NCBI GenBank assembly: GCA_026401035.1
Contig: JAPLNR010000069.1
Span: forward strand, 44 to 64,043
DNA: 64,000 nt
From: Planctomycetia bacterium
Lineage (GTDB): Bacteria > Planctomycetota > Planctomycetia > Pirellulales > UBA1268
Direction: 5' to 3'
Shown here in pieces: positions 39,140 to 48,544 of the stretch. Position 1 is the first letter of the stretch. Each line of letters starts with the position of its first letter. The notes below the pieces were generated by a model, which did no database searches, was not told the origin of the DNA, and saw only the letters and a program-made list of their open reading frames with translations. Position numbers and translations under genes: made by a program.

Positions 39140-42100
39140 TCTTCCGGCTTGGGTTCCACGATTGTCTTGCCGCGGCGGGTGGCCTGCACGGCGATCGCGC
39201 CGCCGATGGGCACCTCCTGGCCTTCCGCCACGAGCGCGGCGGTGAGCGTGAGCGGAACAGCGTCGCCGTCGGCGGCGAGTTGCCCCTGGGCGAGCAGGTG
39301 GTCGAGATAGGGCTTGACCGCGCCGCGGAGCGTCTTGTCGGTGGCGGGGCGGGAGGTATCGCCGATGAAATTCCGCAGGTCGCCCCCCGCGATCATGTAG
39401 CGGGAGTTGCGGGCGTCGAAGGCGAGTCCATCGAAGGAAAACGTCGCCGCGGTCGCGCCGGTCGCGTCGTCCCGCATGAGCAGTTGCAGCACGGCCTTCG
39501 GCGGCGGGATGAAAACCGGCGGCACGCGGATCACGAGGCTGTCGCTCGTGGCGGCGAAGAATTCGTCCACCCGCGCGGCCTCCGTCCGCGTGCCGGCCGT
39601 CTTTGTGGCCGTGAAGGTGAGGCTCAGGCCGGTGTCTTCCGCGAAGACGGCTGCGCATGAGCCCGTGCCGGCATCGGCACGTCGGGCGACGGGCACGAGC
39701 AGGTGGCTGCTCACGCCGTAGGGCGTGGCGAGATGGATGTCGACACATGCGCGGTCGTTGCAGGAGGGGAGCCCGCAGCCTTCGGTGGGTGGGGCCACGG
39801 GGTCGATGACGAGCGCCGCGGCGGGGGCGGGCAGGGGTTCGACGTTGCTGGCGAGGGTCACGGCCCGCGCATCCACGCCGGCGCAGGGCGACTGCTCGAG
39901 CGGCTGTGCACCGGGCGGAATCTCCACGCGGAGCACTTCACGGGAGAGGAGCGAAAACTTCGCCGGCTTCCCGCCGGCGATGATCCGCGTGTCGTGAACG
40001 CTGAATCCCTTGCCGATCAGGAAGAGCGTCGTCGTGCCCTGCGGGTCGATGCCCGGCGCTCCATACCAGCCGATGAGTTCCGGCGCGAGATCGGTCACGC
40101 CGGTATTGAAGAGCTCGAAGCCGCCGCAGTTGTTTTCATAGGGGATCAGCGCTTCGAGCGTCTGCAGCGGCAGCTTGCCGTCGAGTTTGTCGACCTCGCG
40201 CATGAGCCGGGCCAGTTCGCCCTCCCGATAGAGATGGCTGCAGCGCTGGCAGTTGTCCACGCTCTGCTGCATCGCCTTGACCGCCCGCGAGAGGTGCAGG
40301 GTCTGCCGCATGCTCGTGTCGGTCGCGAGTGGATGCACCAGCGAGAACCAGCTGGTGGAGACGTCGAGCGTCACCAGCGGCACGAACGACGGCATCACGA
40401 CGATCGCCGTGCACTCGCGGATGCCCGGCTCGAGCTGCCGCTGCATGAGGTCGGCATCGGTCGTCGGCCCGCCGCAGAGGGTTTCGGTAAAGGCGGCAAG
40501 GTGGCCGCGGGTCGGGGGCGACTGCACGCGGGGCATAAACCGCCAACCAAACGTGTCGTCGCCGTGCGCGAAACCGACCGCAGTTTTATTGAGTGCGATC
40601 GTCGCCATGTCGGTCTCGAGCCGACGGGTGTAGCGGGTGAGCCCCTGAGCGCTCATCCGGCCGCTGGCGAAGGCCATCGCCAACGCGATCTGTTGTTCCC
40701 GGCGCCGCGCGAAGGCATCGGCGACGTTCTGCTCCTCGGCGACGGGGTCGAGGGCGAAGATGCGGATCGGCCAGCGGCAGCGAACGTAGTCGTTGAAGGC
40801 GTGCCGTGCCTCGGGCGATGGGCAGGGGCCGTAAAACGGGCCCGCACAGACACTGGCGCCGCTGCGGCCGCGGGCACTGGCCGATTCGCGGATGTCCTCG
40901 ACGAGCCGGTCGTTGAGCAGCGCCGATTCAACGAGGATTCCCCAGGCGAGCACGGCGGTCGTCGTCCGGCAGAGGGGCGGCCCCGACAGCCGCTCGGCGC
41001 AGCAGATGCCGGCGGTCTCGGCGGGGAGCGAGAAACCGCCTGCGGCGGGGAGCGGGGGCCCGCCCTCGGCGGTCAGCGGCTCCGGGTCGCTGCCGGTGCC
41101 CAGCGTCGACAACACGTGGCAGCGGATCCGCGCGAGCTCGTCGATCCGACGGCCGCGGACGAGCGGGGCAATGCCCCAGCCGGGCATCTGCTCCCAGAGC
41201 GGCTGCTGGCGGTCCAGCGCGAGAAAGTCGGCGGCCGCGTCGAGCTCTTCGGCGAGATAGCCGCGAACCGCGACGTGCTGGATGCAGGGCTGGTTCGTCG
41301 GATGGCCGGCCAGCGCCGCGTGGGTGTCGCGGATCAGGATCGCGATCTGGCTGATCCCTGCAACGTCGGCCAGTTGCGAGATCGGGATCGGCATCCGGGC
41401 GCGGCGGGTTTTGACGCTTGGCGCCGCCGACGGGGAAATCGTCGGCAGCCGCGCGGAGAGCGACTGCATTGCCGCGAGCACGCCCTGCCGCGGCTCCCCG
41501 GCATGCTGCGGGGCAGCCATGGCGCCCAAGGCTTCCGAAGCTCCCAAGTGGGGCGCGGTGACGATCGTGGCCGCCCAGGCAAGGCACTCGGGATCGTTCA
41601 CGCAGTGGGTGAGGGCCGGGGCGATGAGATCGACGAGATCGTTGCTCACGAGGCTGCGGAACGTCGTCGGCAGAAGGTCGTCGCCGAGCAGCGGCTCGGC
41701 CGTGATCGAGATCTCGGCGCCGTACCCCTTTTGCGTGTGGGCGCCCGTCTGGATGGAGACCGGGATGCGGACGAGGTTGAGCGCGTAGCCCGGCGAGTCG
41801 GCCGAATCATCCCCCTCGTTCACGCGGCGGAGTTCGTTGAGATGGTTGAGATAGCGGGAGAGGTGATCGAGCTGGATCGTGGGCTCGAGCGCGAGAGGGG
41901 CGTCGGCAAACTGGAATTCGCCCGACAGCGGCGGTGCACCGAAGGGCGCAGTGCGAGAGATCACCACGGGGTCGGTGCGGCCGAGCTGTTCGTTTGTGGT
42001 GGGCAGGAGCGCTTGAATCGAGTTGATGACGCTGTTGCCGCCGGTGGCGTCGGGCACCGGCACATACTCCGGGCCACGGCGGCGGCCCGAGGCGGCTTGC

Positions 42101-42513
42101 AGGGCCAGCGCCATTCCGAGAAACGCCTGGTCGCTCCGCCGGAGGGCGGCCTGGTTGGTCGGTGTGAAGAGCGGTAGTTGCTGCCGCATCTGCTCCTCGT
42201 ATTCGTGACGATGCCGCATGAGCCGGTTCTGTCCCCAGACATCGGGCTGTTTGGCGACGATCGAGCCGTAGGCATTGATGTGTTTGTTGAGCCAGTCGAT
42301 CTCGTTGGCGAGCCCGACCATGGGATCGTCGCAGCCCCGAGGGGTGCGGCGGGCCACGGGTGGCTCGCGGTGGGCCGCCTTGAAAGGAGCGGCAAGGCCT
42401 TGGAATACTCGGCTCAAGTCACCCGCGTCTGCGGGCCGGGCCGTGGCAGCGCCCCCGATCAGGAGAGTGCAGACAATCGTGACGCGTGAAATGGTTCGCT
42501 GGCTCGAGATCAC
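39136..42513 (-). CDS. Large secreted hypothetical protein
   Basis: 1125-aa ORF with signal-like N-terminus and host-like codon usage; possible Ig/IPT-like segment (TTTLFLIGKGFSVHDTRIIAGG); no catalytic motif recognised. Confidence 0.75.
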   Translation of the reverse strand: MISSQRTISRVTIVCTLLIGGAATARPADAGDLSRVFQGLAAPFKAAHREPPVARRTPRGCDDPMVGLANEIDWLNKHINAYGSIVAKQPDVWGQNRLMRHRHEYEEQMRQQLPLFTPTNQAALRRSDQAFLGMALALQAASGRRRGPEYVPVPDATGGNSVINSIQALLPTTNEQLGRTDPVVISRTAPFGAPPLSGEFQFADAPLALEPTIQLDHLSRYLNHLNELRRVNEGDDSADSPGYALNLVRIPVSIQTGAHTQKGYGAEISITAEPLLGDDLLPTTFRSLVSNDLVDLIAPALTHCVNDPECLAWAATIVTAPHLGASEALGAMAAPQHAGEPRQGVLAAMQSLSARLPTISPSAAPSVKTRRARMPIPISQLADVAGISQIAILIRDTHAALAGHPTNQPCIQHVAVRGYLAEELDAAADFLALDRQQPLWEQMPGWGIAPLVRGRRIDELARIRCHVLSTLGTGSDPEPLTAEGGPPLPAAGGFSLPAETAGICCAERLSGPPLCRTTTAVLAWGILVESALLNDRLVEDIRESASARGRSGASVCAGPFYGPCPSPEARHAFNDYVRCRWPIRIFALDPVAEEQNVADAFARRREQQIALAMAFASGRMSAQGLTRYTRRLETDMATIALNKTAVGFAHGDDTFGWRFMPRVQSPPTRGHLAAFTETLCGGPTTDADLMQRQLEPGIRECTAIVVMPSFVPLVTLDVSTSWFSLVHPLATDTSMRQTLHLSRAVKAMQQSVDNCQRCSHLYREGELARLMREVDKLDGKLPLQTLEALIPYENNCGGFELFNTGVTDLAPELIGWYGAPGIDPQGTTTLFLIGKGFSVHDTRIIAGGKPAKFSLLSREVLRVEIPPGAQPLEQSPCAGVDARAVTLASNVEPLPAPAAALVIDPVAPPTEGCGLPSCNDRACVDIHLATPYGVSSHLLVPVARRADAGTGSCAAVFAEDTGLSLTFTATKTAGTRTEAARVDEFFAATSDSLVIRVPPVFIPPPKAVLQLLMRDDATGATAATFSFDGLAFDARNSRYMIAGGDLRNFIGDTSRPATDKTLRGAVKPYLDHLLAQGQLAADGDAVPLTLTAALVAEGQEVPIGGAIAVQATRRGKTIVEPKPEE

Positions 42514-42860
42514 GGTTCTTTTTTTGGTGGGTGGTGAAAACGCTGCCGTCTTCCGTGCGGGCCGTCCTGGCAGCGATCGCTCATACAGGGGAGGCCATCC
42601 CCCGTATGAGGATCGGTCGGAACAGCAGGCATTGTGAGGAGGAGCGGCACGACCGTGGAGGTCGGGCCAGGTTGCCTGATTTCACAATCACCCCCCCCGG
42701 TTCCTAGCAAGCAGATGACAGCCATGGCTATGGGGTCGAGCACATGGTCCGGTCGGACGACCCGCGGGGGCGCGAGCGGGCGATCGCGGGGCCTCGTGCT
42801 TTCGGCATGGCTGGAAGCAGTGGCCATGCTGGTTTCGTGTCCGTCTCCAGGCCGTTCGGA

Positions 42861-42890
42861 TTGCAGCCTGCCGGGGACATGCGTTACAAT
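42861..42890 (+). promoter_or_regulatory. Sigma70-like promoter, probably leaderless
   Basis: TTGCAG-18 nt-TACAAT; ATG follows 7 nt later with no RBS. Confidence 0.5.
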
Positions 42891-42897
42891 GTGGTAC

Positions 42898-43116
42898 ATG
42901 GATACCACGCTCAATGTTCGGATTCCCGCTGCCCTCAAAAAACAGCTCGACGCCCTGAGCCGCCGGCAACACAGGCCATCAAGTGAGCTCGTCCGCGAAT
43001 CCCTCCGGCGCTACATCGCAGCCGAGCAGATTGCCAGGCTTCGCAAAATGACGGTGCCACTGGCGGAGGCGCAAGGGTTCATCACGGACGACGACATCTT
43101 CAAGGCGGTTTCGTGA
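42898..43116 (+). CDS. Ribbon-helix-helix (CopG-like) antitoxin
   Basis: MDTTLNVRIPAALKKQLDALS...SELVRESLRRY; stop overlaps the PIN start (GTGA). Confidence 0.85.
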   Translation: MDTTLNVRIPAALKKQLDALSRRQHRPSSELVRESLRRYIAAEQIARLRKMTVPLAEAQGFITDDDIFKAVS

Positions 43117-43514
43117 GGGTTGTCCTCGACACGAATGTCCTCCTGGCCGGTCTCGCCACCCATGGTCTTTGCGACGCCTTGGTGACGCTGATCTACCGGG
43201 ATCACGTCGTCATCCTGTCGGAGCACATTCTCGGTGAGGTGGCGAGGCACTACCGTGGCAAGTTCAAGGCCACCAAGAGTCAGGCAGATGCAGCCGTTGC
43301 TATCCTCCGTTCGGCCAGCGAGATCGTGGAGCCCGCGGCAGTGCCACCGAGGACAGTCCGCGACAAAGACGATCTGCCCGTACTGGGAACGGCTATCGCA
43401 GGCGAAGCCACGTGTATCGTGACTGGTGACCAGGATCTTCTGACCCTGGGCCACTTTCGCGGAATCGATATCATCACCCCGCGCACGTTCTACGACCGGC
43501 TGCGCGGCTCGTGA
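43113..43514 (+). CDS. PIN-domain toxin (VapC-like)
   Basis: MRVVLDTNVL, RDKDDLPVL, IVTGDQDLL. Confidence 0.92.
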   Translation: MRVVLDTNVLLAGLATHGLCDALVTLIYRDHVVILSEHILGEVARHYRGKFKATKSQADAAVAILRSASEIVEPAAVPPRTVRDKDDLPVLGTAIAGEATCIVTGDQDLLTLGHFRGIDIITPRTFYDRLRGS

Positions 43515-43768
43515 GCCTCGCGCCTGGACGCGGTCACAGGCTGCGGATCGGGGGTGTGCCTTTCTGAGGTCGGAAGCGGGGGCCTTGCGGCAGCACCACC
43601 GTCAGGGGAAACTCTCCCCCCTACGGGAGATCGGCCGGAAAAGCGACTAAATCCACGGGCAGCGGCGGCCTGCGGGCGGTCGGGCCCAGATTACCCGGCT
43701 TATTATCGCCTGCGACGGAGGCGTCGGTGGAGTGCCCGTCACGCAGTTTTTATAGAGAAGGGATCAGG

Positions 43769-44824
43769 ATGAGCCGTCAACCCATTCAGTGCATCGTTCC
43801 GCCCTACATGGTCGAGCATCTGGCCCGGTCGGAGAATCCGCGGATTCGCGAGCGGGCAATCGTCGGGCTCACGCACGCCGCCGCCGTCCGCGCGGTGCGG
43901 GCGTTTTCCCAGCGGATGCCCACGATGATGGCCACCGCGTCACCGTCCGGGCGGAGGCATCGGCTCGTGTACGATGCGCGGAAGAAGGACCGGCTTCCAG
44001 GGAAGCTCGCCCGCAGCGAGGGGGATGGAAAAACCCTCGATCCGGCCGTCAACGAGGCCTACGACTTCTCGGGCGCCACGTACGACTTCTTTCACGAGAT
44101 CTTCGGCCGCAATTCGCTCGACGATGCCGGGATGTCGCTGATTTCGAGCGTGCATGTCGGCGAAACCGACGGCCTGGGCGGGTTTCAGCCGATGAGCAAC
44201 GCCTTCTGGGATGGCGGGCAGATGGCCTATGGCGATGGCGACGGGGAGATCTTCCAGCGGTTCACGCGGTCGCTCGACGTCGTCGCCCACGAACTCACGC
44301 ATGGCGTGCAGGCCTATGCGAGCAACCTTGTCTACCGCGGGCAGTCGGGCGCCCTCAACGAGCATTTTTCCGACGTGTTTGGCGCGCTCGTGCAGCAGTG
44401 GCAGCGGGGGGAGACCGCGGACAAGGCCGACTGGCTCATCGGCACGGAGGTGCTCGTGCCCGCGCAGACCCGCCGGGGCATCCGCGACATGGAGCATCCG
44501 GGCACGGCCTACGAAAACGATCCGGCGCTCGGCACCGACCCGCAGCCGGATCACATGAAGCAGATCTATACGGGCCCGTCGGATGCCGGTGGCGTGCACA
44601 TTAATTCAGGGATCCCCAACCGGGCCTTCGTGATCTTCGCCAAGTCGCTCGGCGGCAGGGCCTGGGAGACGGCCGGGAAGATCTGGTACGAGACGTTGCT
44701 GCAGCTCTCGCGGACGAGCCAGTTTGGCGACATGGCAAAGCTCACCGCCCAGATCGCGGGCGACCAGTTCGACGCCGCGACGAAGAAGGCTGTGAAGGCG
44801 GCGTGGAAAAAGGTCGGGCTCTGA
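43769..44824 (+). CDS. M4 family metallopeptidase, protealysin-like
   Basis: Short propeptide with CIVPPY, NAFWDG, HELTH zinc motif, GALNEHFSD, GGVHINSGIPN; no signal peptide. Confidence 0.93.
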   Translation: MSRQPIQCIVPPYMVEHLARSENPRIRERAIVGLTHAAAVRAVRAFSQRMPTMMATASPSGRRHRLVYDARKKDRLPGKLARSEGDGKTLDPAVNEAYDFSGATYDFFHEIFGRNSLDDAGMSLISSVHVGETDGLGGFQPMSNAFWDGGQMAYGDGDGEIFQRFTRSLDVVAHELTHGVQAYASNLVYRGQSGALNEHFSDVFGALVQQWQRGETADKADWLIGTEVLVPAQTRRGIRDMEHPGTAYENDPALGTDPQPDHMKQIYTGPSDAGGVHINSGIPNRAFVIFAKSLGGRAWETAGKIWYETLLQLSRTSQFGDMAKLTAQIAGDQFDAATKKAVKAAWKKVGL

Positions 44825-44841
44825 CGCTCGCGGCCCCTCAC

Positions 44842-45549
44842 CTACGCCATCGGCTTGCCGAGGCGATCAACGATCTCGCGGCGGCTCGAGACATGGAGCT
44901 TCTCGTAGATCCGCTGCACGTAGGTGCCGACGGTGCTCGTGGAGATGCCCAGCTCCTTGGACACGTCCTTGTAGCTGTAGCCCTTCACGAGCAGTTCGAG
45001 CACCTGCTGCTCCCGCGGAGCGAGCGTTTCGGCGTCGGGTTCGGCAGGAGCCTTTTCTGCCGCGAAGGTCAGCCGGCCGGCTGGTGCTGCGGCTCCGTTC
45101 GGGGGCAGCCTCGGCTCCTGGCGGCGGAATGTCTGGATCACCTTCCGCGCGATCGTGGGGCTCATCGGCACGCCGCCACTGCGAAGCTCGCGGATCGCCG
45201 CGAGCAGCTGGTCCCGCATGACCGGCTTCACGAGATAGCCGTGGGCTCCGGCGGCGAGCGCCTCGAACGTCGTCTCGGGATCCTGGTAGACCGTCACCAT
45301 CAGGATCTGCGTGTCGGGCAGCTGCGGCGACAGGGCGGCCACGCATTCGACGCCGCTGGAATCCGGCAGGTTGACATCCATGATCAGCACGTCGGGCGCG
45401 AGGGGCGGGATGCCGCGAATGGCCTGCTGTCCGGTGGCAAATACGCCCACGCACTCGCAGTCGTCGGCGTCGTCGAGAATATCGGTGAACGTGCGGCGTA
45501 GACGGGAGTCGTCCTCGACCACGGCGACGCGGATGATCTGCTTATTCAT
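44842..45549 (-). CDS. NarL/LuxR family response regulator
   Basis: VAVVEDD, DVLIMDVNLP, GAHGYLVK, REQQVLELLVKGYSYK...IYEKLHV. Confidence 0.93.
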   Translation of the reverse strand: MNKQIIRVAVVEDDSRLRRTFTDILDDADDCECVGVFATGQQAIRGIPPLAPDVLIMDVNLPDSSGVECVAALSPQLPDTQILMVTVYQDPETTFEALAAGAHGYLVKPVMRDQLLAAIRELRSGGVPMSPTIARKVIQTFRRQEPRLPPNGAAAPAGRLTFAAEKAPAEPDAETLAPREQQVLELLVKGYSYKDVSKELGISTSTVGTYVQRIYEKLHVSSRREIVDRLGKPMA

Positions 45550-45964
45550 GCTGGATGTTGGTGCGGAGGCCTGTCGGGCTCGATCCCCATGTCGCACTTC
45601 TTTACCCGGTTTTGGCATACACCACCCGCTGTGGACAAAACTACGACGGCCTTGGGCGTGTGCCACGCGGCCCCTCCGCATTATCCAGAAATATGCCGAC
45701 CCGCGTGGGGCCGTTCCGCGCCGTGGCGGCTCAAGCCGTCCGCCGACTCGACATCTGCCAGCAACCCGGCGACGCTACGCGGCGACATACAAGGGCACCC
45801 GCGTTTCCGCGAGCTCGGCTTGGAAATGAATGTTCTTCACGCCGTCGGATTGTGAGCGAGGGCTTCACGGATCACAGCGCTCCTATTTGGAAGCGAGTGG
45901 CTCGCTGCATACGCTTCGGTCGCCTCGACAACCGGCTTTTCATCGGCAGAAACAATCGCACCAC

Positions 45965-46318
45965 TTACCCAGCTCCCACCGCCTCAGTGCGGTGGACGAC
46001 GAAGCGAACTTCAACATCATAACCGAGCGCCTCTGCGATGCGGCGCAGCATCGTCAGCGAATGGCCGTCGTAGTCAGCGTCCTCGAGCCTCGCGATGACC
46101 GATTGTGTTGTCCCCACCATGGCCGCGAGTTTGGCCTGAGAAAGACCGCGGTCCTTTCTGGCCTCGCAAATCTGGCGAGCAACAGCGGCGCTGAGCCTTT
46201 CGCGATCAAGAAGTACGCGCATCTTCTCGCTCCGACCAGTCACACGGCGGAGGATCGCGGTGGCGGAAGAAGTTACCTGCCGTTTAGTCGTCATCATCTT
46301 CTTCTTGCTTGTGCCCAT
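45965..46318 (-). CDS. XRE-family HTH antitoxin (HigA-like)
   Basis: ARKDRGLSQAKLAAMVGTTQSVIARLE; GAGGTG RBS; downstream of a RelE-type toxin. Confidence 0.85.
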   Translation of the reverse strand: MGTSKKKMMTTKRQVTSSATAILRRVTGRSEKMRVLLDRERLSAAVARQICEARKDRGLSQAKLAAMVGTTQSVIARLEDADYDGHSLTMLRRIAEALGYDVEVRFVVHRTEAVGAG

Positions 46319-46700
46319 CGTTCACCTCTTCTGCGTACCTATGCTCAGTGGGATTCATCTCATAAAGCTTCTTGCGGCTCGATGCCCGATCGATGTCCAC
46401 GTCGGGAACCTTGCCCTCCTTCGTCAGGGCGTGGGTGAGAATCGCCACATTCTTTCCATGAAAGAAGTAAAGGATGCGGTACTGCACCCGTCCGTGCTTT
46501 GCCCGAAGTTCATAGATCCCAGCCCGGAGCATATCCGCCTCGGGCCTCCGCAGTTCGTGGCCTGCTTCTTCGAGTCGTTCCACACGGACCACGCACTTTG
46601 CGAACGCCTTATCGTTCGTTTGGCGAAGGATCGCGAGCCACTCCAAAACCGGGACATAGCCGTCCGAATCCTTGAAAAACACCACGAGTGTCTTCGGCAC
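46284..46700 (-). CDS. RelE/ParE-family toxin (HigB/Gp49-like)
   Basis: PVLEWL, GHELRRPEAD, GIYELR, YRILYFF, LTHALTK; toxin-first order; TGCTATAAT extended -10 at 46713-46721. Confidence 0.87.
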   Translation of the reverse strand: MPKTLVVFFKDSDGYVPVLEWLAILRQTNDKAFAKCVVRVERLEEAGHELRRPEADMLRAGIYELRAKHGRVQYRILYFFHGKNVAILTHALTKEGKVPDVDIDRASSRKKLYEMNPTEHRYAEEVNDGHKQEEDDDD

Positions 46701-46840
46701 AACAACACCCCGATTATAGCATTTTTGCGATTGCCGCCAGGGCCGGGCCTTTCGGCCGAAAGAAGGTGTACATGCGTTCCGTATTGTTGTCAAATCGCAG
46801 GAAGCTTTTGAGGCACCCGGTTAAAGCGCCGAGGAAGGCA

Positions 46841-46885
46841 TGGCTACGGCTCAGCGAGGCGCTCGGCGTTGTGATTCGCCCGTGA
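46841..46885 (+). pseudogene. 3'-terminal stub of a HepT-like gene
   Basis: WLRLSEALGVVIRP* aligns with the C-terminus WIRLGEALGVAIRP* of the HEPN gene ending at 25342; both are followed by TGG. Confidence 0.65.
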
Positions 46886-46910
46886 TGGCGGATGCGGCTA
46901 GTCCGTCTCA

Positions 46911-47732
46911 TCACGCCAGCGGGGCGGTGATTTCCACGCGGGTGCCGCTGCCGAGGTGGCTCGTTATGGCAGAGCGGCTCGTGATGGAGAGGCGGCCGCC
47001 GATGTCGTCGGCGCGGCGGCGCATGTTGGCGAGGCCTGAATGGCGGCCGTCGTCGGCGGGCTCGTTTGGATCGAAGCCGCGGCCGTCGTCCTCCACCGTG
47101 ATCCGCAAGGTATCGCGGTCGATGCTCACGTGCAGCGCGATCGCCGTGGCGTGGGCATGTTTCACCGCGTTGTTGATCGCCTCACGAACGATCAGGTAGA
47201 GGTCGTGCCGCGTGCGGCCCGCCAGCGGCAGCGGGGGAATCTCCTCGGGCACTTCGAATCTTGCGCGGATGCCGGCGGCCCCGGCGAGCTGTTCGGCCGA
47301 AATCGTGAGATAGCCGACGAAGCGGTCGAGCGTGTCGTTCTTCGGGTTCACGGCCCAGACGATCGCATCGACCGAGCGGATCAGCTCGACGGCCGACTGG
47401 CAGACGCGCTCCGACCTCGAGAGCATCTCGGCCTCCCGACCGTCACGTGGCGACACCTCCGTGAGCCGCTCCATGTCGCGGCGGATCCAGTCGGTCTGCA
47501 CGGCAATTTCCGTGAGGCCGGCACCGACGTCATCGTGGAGGTCGCGGGCGATGCGGGCCCGCTCCTGCTCGAGGGCATGCTCCCGCTCGATCTCGGCGAG
47601 TCTCCGCTTGATGCGGCGCACGTTGGCCGCTCGCGCAGCTGTGAGGGCCCCAACAAGAACGATCGCCGCGGCCCCAGGCGGCGGCCCACGACACGGTCAC
47701 ACGGTCGCCCGGCTCGACGTCGATCTCGGGCG
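46911..47732 (-). pseudogene. Truncated, internally deleted paralog of the sensor histidine kinase at 56939
   Basis: 46901-47675 aligns with 56929-57685, and 47674-47732 with 57854-57912. The sensor domain is absent; an 18-nt insertion lies near the C-terminus. Confidence 0.9.
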
Positions 47733-47734
47733 GC

Positions 47735-47874
47735 CCTTTCGCGATCGAGAAGGGCCCGCATCTTCGCGCTCCGGCCAGCCACACGGCGGAGGATCGCGGT
47801 GGCGGAAGAAGGTGGCTGTCGCTTAGTCGTCATCATCTTCTTGCTTGTGCCCATCGCTCACCTCTTCCGCGTAC
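47735..47874 (-). pseudogene. Fragment of a second higBA-like locus (toxin end plus antitoxin start)
   Basis: Aligns with 46196-46338 (MGTSKKMMTTKRQ...SATAILRRV). Confidence 0.85.
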
Positions 47875-47964
47875 GCGAGCGTCGCCTTCCGGCCGGCATA
47901 GAGGGCACATGCTTTTCTTCAAGAAGCACACGGTCCAAACCCCGCCCGAGTACCGGCGGGACGC

Positions 47965-48003
47965 TTGACCAGCATGCGCGAGAAACGTACAGTAAAATGT
48001 ACA
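47965..48003 (+). promoter_or_regulatory. yefM-yoeB promoter/operator
   Basis: TTGACC-17 nt-TACAGT; CGTACA (47986) and TGTACA (47998) cores 12 bp apart; AAGGAGG RBS follows. Confidence 0.7.
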
Positions 48004-48019
48004 TGTCGAAGGAGGCTCC

Positions 48020-48271
48020 ATGGACGCCATTACCTACACGGCCGCCCGCGCAAACCTGGCCCGCACGATGGACCGCGTGTGCGAAGACCATGAGCCGTTG
48101 ATCATCACCCGAAACGGGGAGCAGTCCGTGGTGATGATGTCGCTGGAGGACTTTAAGTCCCTCGAGGAAACTGCGTATTTGCTCCGCGCTCCAAAAAATG
48201 CCAAGCGTCTCCTCGAAGCCATTTCCAGTCTGGAGGGCGGCCGCGGGAAGGAGCGGAGACTTGCGGAATGA
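48020..48271 (+). CDS. yefM: Phd/YefM antitoxin
   Basis: ITYTAARANLA...DHEPLIITR...SLEETAYLLRAPKNAKRL. Confidence 0.95.
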   Translation: MDAITYTAARANLARTMDRVCEDHEPLIITRNGEQSVVMMSLEDFKSLEETAYLLRAPKNAKRLLEAISSLEGGRGKERRLAE

Positions 48272-48525
48272 AGCTGGTCTTCGCGGAGCAGGCGTGGGAG
48301 GACTACCTCCACTGGCAAAGAGTGGACCGAAAATTGCTCAAACGCATCAATGCGCTGATCAAGGAAACCGCGCGGAGCCCTTTCGAAGGCACCGGCAAGC
48401 CAGAAGCCCTGAAACACGCGCTGGCTGGATATTGGTCGCGCCGGATCACCGACGAGCACCGCTTCGTCTACAAGGTCGATGGTGATTCGCTGCTCATCGC
48501 GCAGTTGCGATATCACTACCGGTGA
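48268..48525 (+). CDS. yoeB: Txe/YoeB toxin
   Basis: AWEDYLHWQ, PFEGTGKPEALK, WSRRITDEHR, RYHY. Confidence 0.95.
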   Translation: MKLVFAEQAWEDYLHWQRVDRKLLKRINALIKETARSPFEGTGKPEALKHALAGYWSRRITDEHRFVYKVDGDSLLIAQLRYHYR

Positions 48526-48544
48526 AAAATGGATCGCGGCAATC

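Noticed and set aside
42510-42938. 142-aa minus-strand ORF
   Set aside because: It overlaps the TA promoter and antitoxin start and has no recognisable motif.
42898-48525. Integron cassette array
   Set aside because: No integrase, no recognisable attC sites, and mixed gene orientations.
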